64,000 bases of DNA from NCBI GenBank assembly GCA_964016885.1, contig OZ024743.1:123628001-123692000 (forward strand), written 5' to 3'. The stretch is from Eledone cirrhosa. Lineage: Eukaryota. The notes below the pieces were generated by a model, which saw nothing but the letters and a program-made list of their open reading frames with translations, searched no databases and was not told the DNA's origin. Each line of letters starts with the position of its first letter. Position 1 is the first letter of the stretch. A program made the position numbers and the translations under genes. Positions 1 to 13,600 of this stretch are shown here, in pieces.

Positions 1-202
1 TGACCAACGGTCAAAAATACAGATATAATATAGACACAAACACATATATATAGTCTAACAAAGTTCTTTCGTTGCACATCTGCAACATCGTCAGTGGTGC
101 TATTATGTTTCATCCTGTTGTATTGTATGCCTACGCCATCTTGTTAGACTATATATATGTGTTTGTGTCTATATTATATCTGTATTTTTTACCGTTGGTC
201 AG
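1..202. repeat. Fold-back inverted repeat, ~62-bp arms (may extend beyond window start)
   Basis: 1-62 (tgaccaacggtcaaaaatacag...gtctaacaa) is the near-perfect reverse complement of ~141-202. Confidence 0.9.
61..100 (-). ncRNA. Partial hammerhead ribozyme motif in the loop of the fold-back
   Basis: Minus strand reads CTGACGA-T-GTTGCA(GATG)TGCAAC-GAAA-GAACTT; core and stem II are intact, the 3' arm of stem I is absent. Confidence 0.55.
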
Positions 203-699
203 TCAACGGTAACATTGATGACCGAATAAATTAAATTAACCGATATAAAAGACACAGAAGCGAAAACCAACCAAATAGTGAGTGTGTTCTGCTATTAATT
301 TTGGCAATATTATTACACAATATATATATATATATATATATATATACGTACATATATGTATGTGTGTGTTTGTTTGACACAGGCATCACTGAGTTGTTAA
401 ACATCACCTTTCACAGTTTGGTTTCACAGTAAAGGAACTGAATATTGCTGTGGAATGTCTGTTGAGACGGCAAGACTGACTGGTGAATTACTGAAGAAAA
501 TTGAACCTTACTTTCAGATGTATGTGTGGATCTGTCAGTGGCCAGCTTTTGGTACAGTGTGGGAGTTGATTGTCAATTCATGGCAATCCCATATGACGAT
601 AAAACGATGGATTTCTACGGATTTGAAAATGAAATTCCAAATACTTACTACATAAGTATTTGGAATACTTACTTACAACAATTTGTTGGGTGGGAAAAG

Positions 700-862
700 T
701 CGATTACATCGACTCCAGTGATTCGTTATTTATTTTATCGCCCTTTGAAGGATGAAAGGCAAAACTGACCTCGGCAGGATTTGAACTTAGAATGTAAAAA
801 GCCAGAACCAATACTACGGAGCATTTTGTCCAATGCTCTAATGATTCTGCCCAACCACCACT
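700..862 (-). mobile_element. tRNA-derived SINE (family A), diverged
   Basis: Contains the family core gaaggatgaaaggcaaa...acctcggc..gatttgaac seen many times in this window. Confidence 0.8.
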
Positions 863-869
863 CTTACTA

Positions 870-1830
870 CGTAATGAATTGAGTCGAAAGGAATTCGAGA
901 GATGAGCGAGTGATGTGAGAAGAGGAAAAGTCGAGAGTTAGAGGTATGAATCAATGAGTTTGTATTACGCCGAAATAAAACTGTTGTGGTTATAGTCTTA
1001 GCGGTGTTATGGAATGAGTGAGAGAAGTTGTCGCGGGTGATAGAGTGATTCCAGATCATGGAATGTGCTGACAAAAGACATCCTGACAGTGAGTTCATTT
1101 CTAAAATGTAAATGGTGCTGATGATATAACCCATGAAATGATTAGCTTAACAAGAGCCGATCTTCGTACCTTCGTGGAATGTACCGGAGAAGGTGAAACA
1201 GTTCGAAGTAATGACACATTTCGCAAGATGGTGAAGGGGGTAGTGCAAGATTTAGGTGATGGTTGAAGGTTGAATAAATATTGAAGAACTATGAGTCCGT
1301 CGTAGTCGTGGATGATGGTGTACAGGGATTTCATATTGAGTAGTTAAGCTCATTGCTGGCATCCTTGGTACTGAGAAATTAAAGCAGTTTGCGTGGAGAT
1401 CGATGAGAAGGCTAAAAGCGGAAACGATTGAATGGCCATGATGTTTGGAAAGAAATTAGTGGATTTCAAGGAGGTATATTTGTGATAGAATTAGTAATGT
1501 ATGGTGGAAAAGGTGATGGAGAAAGACATACGTGACTTAGTGTGTGAATCTTCGGTAGAAGTATTTAATATATTTCGAGCCCTTTTAAAAGAAATCAATT
1601 TTGGTTCTGGTTTCGTAATTGGCAATAGCAGATTTTCCGACATTTTCACACTATATCTTGATAAGATTTTCTTATTGTATGCTGCCATATATGTATTGCT
1701 TATATGCATTTTTACTTCTCACACGTTATGGATACAAAGAATTTGGTTTTTAAAATATAGTCTAAATGTGTTGATATCTTATAATATATTGCAACTTTGT
1801 GTGTGTGTGCCATTCCATCATTGAGGAAGT
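870..1830 (-). mobile_element. Old Penelope-like element RT fragment (different clade from the three Hydra-like copies)
   Basis: Minus-strand frameshifted peptides such as KSLYTII..DGL..LQYLF and MG..SAPFT resemble the PLE RT D..SLYT.I and Q..G.AMG region; many stops. Confidence 0.5.
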
Positions 1831-2504
1831 CTGGCGCCACTTGACTGACTTCACTTAACTGATTGGATTCTATGTCAGGTGTCAAATGATGGCTCCAGGC
1901 TCTTGGCCATTACTACTTAGACTGGTTTGATGCTACAGGCAACATAGTCAAGTATTCTTATAAGTCTTCCTAGTATGTTCTGATATCTTCCCACCCCTTT
2001 GTGCCATCGCTCTAAGCATCCGGTATGTTTTACAGAAAATTAACGTTCCCTGTATTGTATCTATGATAAGGAAGGACAAAACGAAAACGGCAAAATATGC
2101 GGCCATTTTAAGGAAGCGACAACTAAATAAATTAAACAGTTAATGTTACCCTGTTTAATCAATGCTCTATCTAGTTATAAATAAATAAAGATAGATTAAT
2201 TTCTTGGAGACAACTCCTCGCGTATGGTTATCTCATTATGCTTTTTTCTGTCGAGACAGAAAGCAATGGCGTCTACATGTCTATGTGTTAGCGGTTGATA
2301 TGATATAAAACTAAATACGCCGGACACGTTAATAACTCACACACTACCACTTTACCGAAAAGCAAATAATTAAGATTTTTTCTTAGTTGAACTTTGCTCT
2401 GTGGCCATCTAACATTACTTAGATTCTTTTGTTGTTCTTTTTAACCTTCTTTTTAACTAGATATCTAGTATATATATAATCACACATATCTACGCAAAGG
2501 AGTA

Positions 2505-2596
2505 TGTATACATACATACATATATACATACATACATGCATACATACATACATACATACATACATACATACATACATACATACATACATACATACA

Positions 2597-2625
<29 letters not shown>
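2505..2625. repeat. (TACA)n microsatellite
   Basis: Directly visible tetranucleotide run. Confidence 0.95.
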
Positions 2626-2629
<4 letters not shown>

Positions 2630-3483
2630 GGGACAGTAATATATATATGTGTGCGTGTGTGGGGGGGGGGGGGGGGCTGTATGTGTGTGTGTGTGTATGT
2701 ATGTATACAAATGCGTGTATGGATGTGTGTGTGGCTATGATTGTTTAAGGAAAGTTGTTATAATATAAATTAGAAATAAAAGAGTGAAAACTAGAGTAGT
2801 CAAAAGTAAGAAAAGAAAACAAACAGATTACACTTTTGCTATATATTCCATGATATTTTGAGATTAGGATCAGCTTTTCAAGAGAAAGAAAATGAAGTGT
2901 AGTGTTTACAGTAAACGCTGAACCGTTTGTTGTCAACTCCATGCCCCCTTTAGTTATACATGTTTATGTCTAACACGAAACCACTGGTATCACACAGATA
3001 ATTCAACCTGTTAATACAAATATTTTCAACTTTCACATTATGTGTTAATCGCTCTTACCTTTATATATATACATATATTTATATATATGTGCGTGAGTAT
3101 GTGTGTGTACATCTGTGTGTAAGTGTGTGTGTGTAGACGTACGTGTGTGTTTTTGTTTGTGTAAACAGATATATGGAAACATATCCATAATTGTCAGAAA
3201 ATTAGGCCCTATATGACCTCCCGGGTTTTTTGCTACTATATATATATATATATATATATAGTAGAAAAAGTAAGAAATATATAAACTACCATATAAATAT
3301 ATATATGATGATGGCTGCCCACTCGTTATCGAGTATGGCCATTGCATGATATACCATTATTAATAATTATTAATTAATTCTATCGTGCAATGCCTGTACG
3401 TGAAGATATTTTTTAAAGTGAGGAAAGACTGTGCACTAAGCCAATCCCACTCTCTGAGCGACAGCAGCTATAACCCGAAAAGG

Positions 3484-3546
<63 letters not shown>

Positions 3547-3547
<1 letters not shown>

Positions 3548-4424
3548 GAGGTGTGTCAGAAAAGTTCCAGGACTGATGTCACAAAAGATTTATTTCAAAC
3601 CCAAACTTCACACTAAGAATTTTCTCCTTCAAAGTAATTCCCCTGGAGTCTAATGCACTTTTCCATCCTTTTCTGCCACGCTTGTATGTACTCCTGGAAG
3701 GATTCTTCTGGGATCCTCCGTAGTTCCGTCGTCACGGCCTTTTTGATGTCGTCCACGTCTTCAAAACAGGTTCCCTCCGGGTCGTGCTCGAAGTTCCATC
3801 ATCACCGGTGATAACTGTCCCTAGTAAGTCTGATTCGGATTCAAAACGCTCGAGGATGTCCTGGCACACTTGCATGCGTCGACCCTTCTGGTCACCGTTC
3901 AGCAGTTTTGGCATCATCTTCACGCAGACTTTCCGCATGTCCAAATCTTCAATGAGAATCTTCCAGACGCTGTCCCGATTCATGCCCAGCTCATTGGCCA
4001 TCAGTCGAAGAGTCAGCCGACGATCGCTACGCACCATCTGCCTGACGCGCTCAACGTTGATCTCAGTCCTGGTTGCTGAGGGCCTTCCGCTCCTGGGGTC
4101 ATCTTGCACCACTCAAAATCACGTGAGTGTGACATCGTCTCATCTCCATACACTTGCTGCAGCAATTCTAGTGCTTCTGACGGAGTTTCCCCAACCGTAC
4201 CAGAAACTTCAAATTTGTTCGTTGCTCTGTGCTCATTGCTTGACGACCTGAAACAGAGGACATGTATATAAAATTATGAAGAAAAAAGTTTGATCGCTGC
4301 AGAGAGCTAAGATTACAGTTACATACTCCAGGGGGATTACTTTGAAGAAGACTCTTAGTGTGAAGTTTGGGTTTGAAATAAATCTTTTGTGACATCAGTC
4401 CTGGAACTTTTCTGACACACCTCG
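3547..4424 (-). mobile_element. Internally deleted mariner (Tc1/mariner) transposon
   Basis: TA on both sides; ~72-bp perfect TIRs (cgaggtgtgtcagaaaagttccaggactg...); transposase remnants MSTEQRTNLKFLVRLGK, DDPRSGRPS, VITGD and C-terminal KCIRLQGNYFEG; most of the DDD domain is deleted. Confidence 0.95.
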
Positions 4425-4459
<35 letters not shown>

Positions 4460-4521
4460 AGAGAGAGAGTAGTAAAAACCCGGAAGGTTATCTCTCTCTT
4501 TCTCTCTCCTTATATATCTCG

Positions 4522-4599
<78 letters not shown>

Positions 4600-4775
4600 T
4601 AAATCATGTCCTTAGAATCATTAGATAAAATATATACCATTTCCTCTCCCAATTAGCATAATTAACCATATAAAAAATCAATTAGACCAAGCTATAGGAA
4701 TAAAGGCTCCTATGAAGAAATTTCCGACAAATAACCGAAAGCGGCCCCTTCGCGGTGGCCCCAATAGGGTATTTA

Positions 4776-4850
<75 letters not shown>

Positions 4851-4950
4851 CAATATATATATATAACTGTTTCTACGTTTGGCACAAGGCCAGCAATTAA
4901 CCAGAGCATGACTGGTACTTTATTTTATCGACCTCGTAAGGCAAAGTTAA

Positions 4951-4988
<38 letters not shown>

Positions 4989-5084
4989 CCCCGTAAGGAT
5001 GAAAAGCAAAGTTAACCATATATATATATATATATATAACAATATATATATTGGTACAGTTAGGAATATTTGAAAAAAAGGAAA

Positions 5085-5274
5085 ATAATTGTTTCTACTT
5101 TAGGCACAAGGCCAGCAAATAACCAGTACATTACTGGTACTTTATTTTATCGACCCCGGAAGGATGAAAGGCAAAGTTAACCTCGGCGGGATTTGAACTC
5201 AGACTGTAAAGGGACGTAACTATGCTAGAAAGCATGGCGTCCAACCCTCTACCGATACTGCCAACTCACCGCCG
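5085..5274 (-). mobile_element. tRNA-derived SINE family A, full length
   Basis: Head ggcggtgagttggcagtatcggtagag (A-box-like), gagttcaaatccc (B box), core ctttgcctttcatcctt..ggggtcgataaaataaagtaccag, tail ggccttgtgcc..aagtagaaacaattat. Confidence 0.9.
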
Positions 5275-5664
5275 GAAAAAAAGAAAAATAATGACTTCAC
5301 TTTAGTGTTAAAAAATCTTTTTGATTTAATTTCATAATATTATAATATTATGAGTTGGTAGATCCAGTAAGATCTTTGCTAACTTCGGTGGGAAGAATTT
5401 TAAGGATTCCTCGTTAACTTGGGTTGGAGAACTTTCTCGCATTCGTCTGTCTGTGGCGATTGTCAAACTAAGATGACAATCGCCACAGACAGACGAATGC
5501 GAGAAAGTTCTCCCACCCAAGTTAACCAGGAATCTTTAAACTTCTTCCTACTGAAGTTAACAAAGAACTTACTAGATCTACCAACTCATAATATTATAAT
5601 ATTATAAAATTAAATCAAAAAAGTTTTTAACACTACAAATGAAGTCATTCTTTTCCTTTTTTTC
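5275..5664. repeat. Long palindrome, ~190-bp arms, 8-nt loop (5466-5473)
   Basis: Inner 40 bp perfect (5426-5465 vs 5474-5513); outer arms have scattered mismatches; followed by (TA)n. Confidence 0.95.
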
Positions 5665-6689
5665 AAATATATATATATATATGAAAAAAAGGAAAGGAAT
5701 GACTAATGAAAAGGTGATATATATATATGGTAGTTTGTATATTTCTTACTTTTTTCTTTGTCAATTAACTTCGGGAAGGAGTACTGCCGAAAATTGCCTC
5801 TACGTGATCATATTTTTCACAGCGATACGCAATATACTTATTTATTCAGGACCCACTTTGTATTGGTATTCTAATATTATCGATAAGTTTATACATATGA
5901 ATATGTATTTTATGTATGTACGGGGGTAGGGGGAATAGCTATGAAAGAGTAGGCCAACATTTCTAAGAATGCCATAAGCCTCAGATTTACAGAATTACAG
6001 AATTTGAAATATTAAATACTAGCATAAATGTCGAACTTTGGGCAATTGTTTGCCAGTATAAGTATGTGTGTGCGCATATATTTCGAAATGCATCTATTAA
6101 TGTATATGAGTGTATGAAAAGGCAAATTTATATTTTTTCCATGCAAATGACGCGAACTGCTTCGTTATATTGCCAATTTCATCTAGTAATGAGCAGATGC
6201 ATAACTGAAACCATCCAGCTGACCGCATTCGATGAAATTCGAAACTATACCCATTTTCGTGTAAAGTGTTGTTTTTTTATCGACTTTCTTACACACCAAA
6301 CTTTCTATTCTAGGAGCGCGCAGTGTAGCAAATTGCATATAATAACAATTCAAAATTTCTTTCCTGACAGGAAAACCATACGAACTTGCAACACCATATT
6401 TGGTTTTGAGATTTATATACTTTAATACATAAGTGCAAAATTGATTTTTGCCGAAGACATGCGGGCACAGACACAGAAATTCTCATTTGTTATTATAAAT
6501 TATTTCATATGGTTATTGAATGAAATAGAGAACTGATATTTTACTGGTACTATAGGTAACATCGAACATCGAAACGGATTTGAACTCAAAATATACACGA
6601 ATGAAACCAAATGTCTTGAGCTTTGATTCTCTACTGTTCTTGTAAACTTTTCTGTACTTATATCACTTATTGATTTCTTGATTTCTAAT

Positions 6690-8358
6690 TGAAGCACAAA
6701 GTCAACAATTTGAAGAGAGAAGCAATTCAATTATATCAACCCCAGTATTTTACTGGTTTTTATTTTATCAATACCATATAGATGAAAGGCAACGTTGACC
6801 TTGGTGCTATTTGAACTCAAAACATAAAGGCCCATAACTAAATGCCATGAAGCAATTTGTCCGATTTTCTAACGACTCTGCCAATCAATCACCATTCTGT
6901 CCTTATGTCACTTATCATTATTTGGATTGGCAGTATCGGTAGAGGGTCGGACGCCATGCTTTCCAGCATAGTTACGTCCCTTTACGATCTGAGTTCAAAT
7001 CCCGCCGAGGTTGACTTTGCCTTTCATCCTTACTGGGTCGATAAAATAAAGTACCAGTAATAACACGGGGTAATTGCTGGCCTTGTGCCAAACGTAGAAA
7101 CAATTATTACTTTTAAAAGGGGCGGTGGGTTGGCAATATCGGTAGAGAGTCGGACAACATGCTTTCCGGCATGATATTAGTTCAAACCACGCCGAGGTTA
7201 ACTCTGCCTTTTATCCTTACGGGGTCGATAAAATAAAGTACCAGTCGCACTGCGGTTGATTTAATCGACCCAAAATTACTGGCCTTGTGCCTATACTAGA
7301 AATCATTATTACTTTCAAAATAAGAGCAGTGGATCGGCAGTATCAGAAAAGAGTCGAACGCCATGTTTTGTGGATTGGCAGTATCGGTGGAGGGTCGGAC
7401 GCCATGCTTTCCAGCATAGTTACGTCCCGTTACGTTCTGGGTTCAAATCCCTCCGAAGTTAGTTTTGCCTTTCATCCTTACGGAGTCGATAAAATAAAGT
7501 ACCAGTAACACACTGGTGTTCCCCTCCCCCTAAATTATTGGTCATGTACCTAAATCAGAAATCATTACGATCTGAGTTCAAATCCCGCCGAGGTTGACTT
7601 TGCCTTTCATCCTTACGGGGTCGATAAAATAAAGTACCAGTAATGCACTGGGTAATTGCTGGCCTTGTGCCCAAAGTAGAAACAATTATTACTTTATAAA
7701 TAGGGGGTGAATTAGCGGAATCGGTAGAGCGTAAGCCGAAACGCTTCGCGGTATTCTTTAGGTTCTGAGTTCAAATCCCGCCGAGGCCAACTTTGCCTTT
7801 CATCCTTAAGAGATAAAAAAATAAATTACCAATAACGCACTGGGGTTTATATAATCGACTTTCTCCTTCCCTTCAAAATTGCTAGTGTCAATTGAATAAA
7901 CAATTATTACTTTATAACTCGGAGGAGCGGAATCAGTAGATCGTTGGATAAAACGCTTCACGCTATTTGTTCCGGCTCTTTACGTTCTGAGTTTAAATTC
8001 CGCCGACGTCAGCTTTCCTTTCATCTTTTTAGAGATCGGTAAAGTAAAGGACAAGTGAAATATTAGATGGATTTAATCGACTTTCCCCTATCCTAAATTA
8101 CTGGCCTTGTATTAGAAAATATTATTTTTATAAATCGGTGGAAGATTGGCAGAATCTGTAGTGCGTCGGACAAAAGGATTTGCGGTATTTTTTTAACTCC
8201 TTACGTTCTGGGTTCAAATCTTACTGATGTCATCTTTGCTTTTTATCCTTTCAGAACCAATAAAATAATGTTCCAATCAAGAACTGGATCGATTTATTCG
8301 GTGTACTGCTCCCGCGTAAATTGCTGGCCTTGTGCCTAAATTAGAACAATTATATTTT
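6690..8358 (+). mobile_element. SINE family A cluster: one minus copy (~6690-6892), then about seven head-to-tail plus copies (~6921-8358)
   Basis: Head, B box, core and tail motifs recur at ~130-220-bp spacing. Confidence 0.9.
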
Positions 8359-10539
8359 ATGAATATTTATTGGAGTAAACTTAATGTTTTTATTCGATGC
8401 TGTAAACACATAACTGTTGTAATCTCATATCTTATATCGTAGAAGTGGTAACAACTATTTGTTTACATTTGTTTTCATTTGTCAATATCGACAACAATAT
8501 ATTACAATTACCTCAATCCACACTTATAGTTATACATATACGCTATTTAATGAAATGACAATTAATATTTCTATATACGAAGAGGAGGTGCTGGAATGAC
8601 AGAAGTGATAAAATGGAGGACAATATTTTATGGTACTTGGATTGGATCCGTTATTTCTGGGTTGAAATACTGACAGATTAGATGAAACAAATACCAGTGA
8701 AATACTGATATCGATTAAATTGACTACACTCATCTATCTAAATGTTTGCTGTTCTGCCAAATATCATGAGGTATCATATATAGGAAGATGTGATGATAGC
8801 ATAAGTATATGCATCGTAGTATATAATTTCATTCGTCTATGCTCTGAGCTTAATGCCTTCTAATTCAACCTTGAAATGAATTTAACTAAGTAACGTGTAA
8901 ATAGTATATACCAGTACTGACTGCATTACATATTCTATGTATCGAAAGAATTGAGAAACTCTTATATAAAGTAAAATGAACGGAAGTCATGCTATCGAGT
9001 GTACACAGGAATTGTAAACTATGATTTTGGCTATAGAAAAATATCAACAGAAACATGAATGAAATTTTATGACACAGGAAGTGTAAAGACTAAATGCAGA
9101 ATTCAAAGATCACTAAGTTTTTGTTAAAACGAACGTAAGTTTAATACAGGATTAAAGATATGGACTTTTAGTCTGTAAAGATAATTTGCTCTTAAGACCA
9201 TTGAACAAGTGTCTTTGCTTCTACCGTTAATTCAATATTGATCGGAAATGGATATATAATGAGTTTAATGGAAATGTATGCAAAGAAAGTAAATAATTAC
9301 AGAGAACTTGGAGTGATGAAAAGATTCACCATACTAAAACTAATTGGCTAAAGAAACCTAGATTTGAAATTATAATCAATAAGCGGAAAATTATGTTAGA
9401 ATACTGTGAGTAAATAAACAATGTAGTAAATGGGCCCTAGTCGTGCCTTAAAGAAATATGAAACATTACATGAAATACTATCTGTGGAACTGAACATGAT
9501 AATAAGCAATGGAAATAAGTTGCCTACATGGATGAAACGTAGAAGAAATATTTTGTTATTAAATGACCCACCAAAAAGAAGTGCTTCCGATTAATTTCGC
9601 CTAGTTTCATGCATTTTGGGGCGTGGAATTATTGAGTGGAATTATTATAGATAACATGTATTTATTTCTTGGAGTGAAAAAGCCATTGCCAGAAGAAAGA
9701 CGGTAATACTAAGGGATTGTAAGAAAAGACATGCTTGGTAACGGCTTCAGTAGTTTACAAGAATGTAGAGCTTTACACTCATACATAATAGAGTACATGA
9801 AGATAGTTTTAGTGCGTTTGACTCAGAATTGCAACTCAGTCAAGGAGCTGTCCATTATCTCACGTGTGTAATTCCTCGTGAACAGATCAGATAATTCCTG
9901 CCAAAAACCTGCACAGCTTTGGTTGGAATCAGATAGCGTGCCACCGCTGCGATCTAGACTTAAATTACAGTTGTTCTCTTGTATTTAAGTGCACGTGCCT
10001 GAGTTCAGTTTATGCAATATCTGTGCGTTATTTCGAATGGTTAAAATATTATCCCTGCTTGCACTTGTCACTAACCTATTACAAAAGCTAACGCAGTCTG
10101 TCTTAACTTTCTCGTGTCGGAAATGACGAATTCAGTTTTCAATGAGCGGAACTCTCATTTGATATGTTGTTAAAACCTTAGTCATAATCGTGATTATAGC
10201 GAAGCGCTCTACAATTTTACAAGGTTTCTACAGGTTTTCAAGGTTTTTTACAAGGTTTCGAGCATCATTCGCTATTAAGTGTTATGGTTATAGAAACAGA
10301 ATGTCTTGACGGTGACGGGTTGCGACCTATTAGTCCCTCAGTGGATTATTCTAGCGACCGTTCATACAACCATTCCTAGCTTGCATCAATGTACATAAAA
10401 TGCATGCATGTATAGACTCGCAACTCCTAATGAAATCGTGGGGCACCATCATGACATATGGTTTGTCTTGAGCATTTTAAATCTGGAGGAGCTCATCTCT
10501 CTTCAGATCTGAACACAGATACGGAGAGTGAGTGTGTGG

Positions 10540-10702
10540 GAAATTAACGCCAATACTGAACTGTTACTTTTTAATATCGACCTCGAAAATATGACAGGCA
10601 ACGTTGAACTCGGTGAGATTTGAATTCAGAGTCCAGAGTTCTGGAACTTATGCCGCGAAGCATTCTATTCAACGTTCTAACAACTTTGCCAATTCGCTGC
10701 CT
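10540..10702 (-). mobile_element. SINE family A, diverged
   Basis: atcgacctcgaaaatatgacaggcaacgttgaactcggtgagatttgaattcag...tgccaattcgctgcc. Confidence 0.7.
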
Positions 10703-12273
10703 CAAAAATATAATATTTACAGTGTAATTATATAAACGTAAAAGTTGTCACGTTTAGTTTTAGTTGTACCTCCTCCGAAGTTAGCTATTACTTTCATTAT
10801 GATGCTGAGCTTCTGTTAAACAACCGAAGGAAAAATCAATCCCCCTTCCCCAAACATTCCTAACGATCGGTTGATTTGAAGATGTCTTTTCATCTGTGTA
10901 ACTGCCCTAGAATGACAAAGGGCGAATAATGACAAAGGCGAATAATGACAAAGGGCGAATATCTATCTTTCTTATATACCAAAGAAATATATTGAATCAA
11001 ATGCTTGACATTTTGCGACCAGAAGAATCCATCAGTCCCATTTATTTTCAAAGGATATTAAATATCAAATGTTTAGAATGCTTTTGTTTACAATAGTTTA
11101 TGGAAGGTGAAGAAATATAGTCGAGTGGATGTTGTACTACCGTGTCATAGGTCATAAGTTCAAATCCTTAGATTTCAGGTCGTGGTGCTTGAGATAGAAT
11201 ATTTCTCCATCGCCTTCTGTCGCTTAACTATCGGTAGCAGGTAATGAAGAAATATTACCTACGATTAACTGGTTTATGTCTAAAGCCAGAGTATTTTAGA
11301 AAATAATTACTTATTTTATGAAGTTATTATGGAGTACTGTGTGCAAGAAGTCGTTGAGCTTACGGTATATAAAGAGACAAATTCATGAAGTCATCTTTTG
11401 TTAACGCAGCTCTTATATTTGATTGAGATGTGGTCCTGAGTCAAGTGTAGACAAAGGTTAGGTGTATGACATGTTCAATGTTACTAGGTGCTCACAGTTC
11501 TCTGTCTGTCGGTCAATGCAAGAAGTGAAACATCAAACTTTACAATCGGGGGAAAGTCAATATTTGCGATTGGTGTAACGTCTATCTTTGCATTCGTCAA
11601 TTCTTGGCTTCGATATTGATTTTTCACACGCTTTCTTCACCAAATTTAGTTTCTTGTATTTCTCAATCGTAAATATGTCAAAACTAAATGTAGGGTCCAT
11701 AAAATAAGCATTAATAATGCATATGAATAAATATAGTCATTACTGTAGAACGGGAGGCAATCTCCGACAAATACAATTGTGTGTATGTGTATCTTCGCTT
11801 ACTGAACTAATACTTTTCGGAAAATCCTAAAAGTCACAACTTCTAGCTTCTTCGTCCTTTGTATCAAATCACAAGAAACCAATACATAGCAACAATTGAT
11901 CACTATTGACGTGAGCGATACCTACCATTAAATCTCGGTTAAAATTGTAGAGTTTGAAGTCAACAACGCTGTTGTGGTCTGCTTTAGATGTTATTTATCA
12001 CAATAGGCTAGAACTTACTATCCATTAGTTTAATGGATGATTATTTTCTACCTTCCAGTGATGAACTCTCAGAAGATTTACATTTCCTGCTGTTCAGAGA
12101 AAATGATGTAAATTGCACAAGAGAAACAAACGGAAACTAATTTTAAGAATGCTAGAGTTGGAAGAATATATATTAGAAAACAAAAATAAAAGTAAAGAAA
12201 AGATTAGGTTTATGGTAAATCATTCTTAAAAAAAAAAAACCTTAACAATTGAACTTGTAAAGAAAATATCCAC

Positions 12274-12332
<59 letters not shown>

Positions 12333-12859
12333 ATATATACGTGTGTGTATTGTACCTCAATCTTCAATATGAATTAAATAAAACATTATTACAGGGAAAA
12401 TACAACGAACAACATTTTCCGGCACATGACTAGAAGTACACAAGGAAAAACTGCTTCCACGTTATAAAAGAATAATCTACATGTTTTCCTTTCTGTCTAT
12501 TAATTATGTATCATTCTTTATATTGATTTATTGTTATCAAATAGCATCCCTAGGGAAAGATCAAGCTGAGTTGATATGTATTTAAATATATGTATTTACT
12601 CGTTAATGGAATACATATTGAACAAGATTAAGAATTTACTCGATTGTAATATACATCCGTTATTCATTGCACTGTAATCTTATAACAAGCGTTTTCAAGT
12701 AGAACGTTTCCGGTTGGTTGAGTATAAGTTTTTGGACATCCAATTGTATCACTTTATTTACAAAAATCTCTCATTTAATTAGCTATGATAGTTATCTACC
12801 TGGAAAATTCAAAAGAATTCATAACAGTGCACATTTCAATGTATACTTTAATGTATCTT

Positions 12860-13185
12860 CTTTTAACCCGTAACTCCTGGTGGAGTCGTAGAGTTATTGT
12901 ACTCTCATACAACGTTTCTTGGGCAATTTAAAACCTGGCGGAGCCCATCTCCCCTCCAGGTAGGTCTGAATACCCCACATTTCTTCCAGAGAGATTGATA
13001 AAGAAGGGAGAAAATAGATCTAGAGGAATAATCGACTCAGTATTATACTGGTACTTTTTTATCGCCTTCGAAAGATGAAAGGTGAAATTTGACCTTGGTG
13101 GGATTTGAACTCAGAGCGCAGAAATCCGAAGCGAATACCTAAAACCATTCTATCCGACGTTTTAATGACTGCCAATTCGCTGTCT
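12860..13185 (-). mobile_element. SINE family A variant with a longer 3' tail (second copy ~14790-15100)
   Basis: Both copies share acccgtaactcctggtggagtcgt (12867, 14798), followed ~150 bp later by the SINE core. Confidence 0.7.
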
Positions 13186-13239
13186 GCTTTAGTGTGTATT
13201 TTAGCTAGATTGCGTTCGGGGTTCTATGTGAAGACTTAG

Positions 13240-13600
13240 CTGTATCAAGAACGTTTTGTTAAGTTTTTCGATCCTATTAATAGACCTCATGTGTTGGATC
13301 TCCGTCGAGTCCAACGATGCATCTTCCAGTACGAAAACAGAACAGTCTCCTCATTAAATTAAAGTGCAATTGTCTGAGCATTCCACATACATAGTTCTCA
13401 GAGAGAATGACCGTGACACTGTATGTGACAAAGCTGGTGTGTTGAATTACAGATACAATTCATTTCTTTCCAACTGAGTGAACTGGAGCAACGTGAAATA
13501 AAGTGTATTGCTCAAGAATGCAACGCGTGGTTGGAAATCGAAACTCAAGACCTTACGATCATGAGATGAACCCCAAAACTATGCTATGTGTCTTCACACA
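13240..13600 (-). mobile_element. tRNA-derived SINE of a second family
   Basis: Minus strand has a tRNA-like head (gagtttcgatttcc, B-box-like), then ttgagcaatacactttatttcacgttgctccagttcactcag, a CORE/V-like central domain. Confidence 0.6.

Noticed and set aside
4705-4770. Hammerhead-like cctat-GAAGA...GAAA...atagg
   Set aside because: Lacks the CU of the core, a stem II and a valid NUH site.
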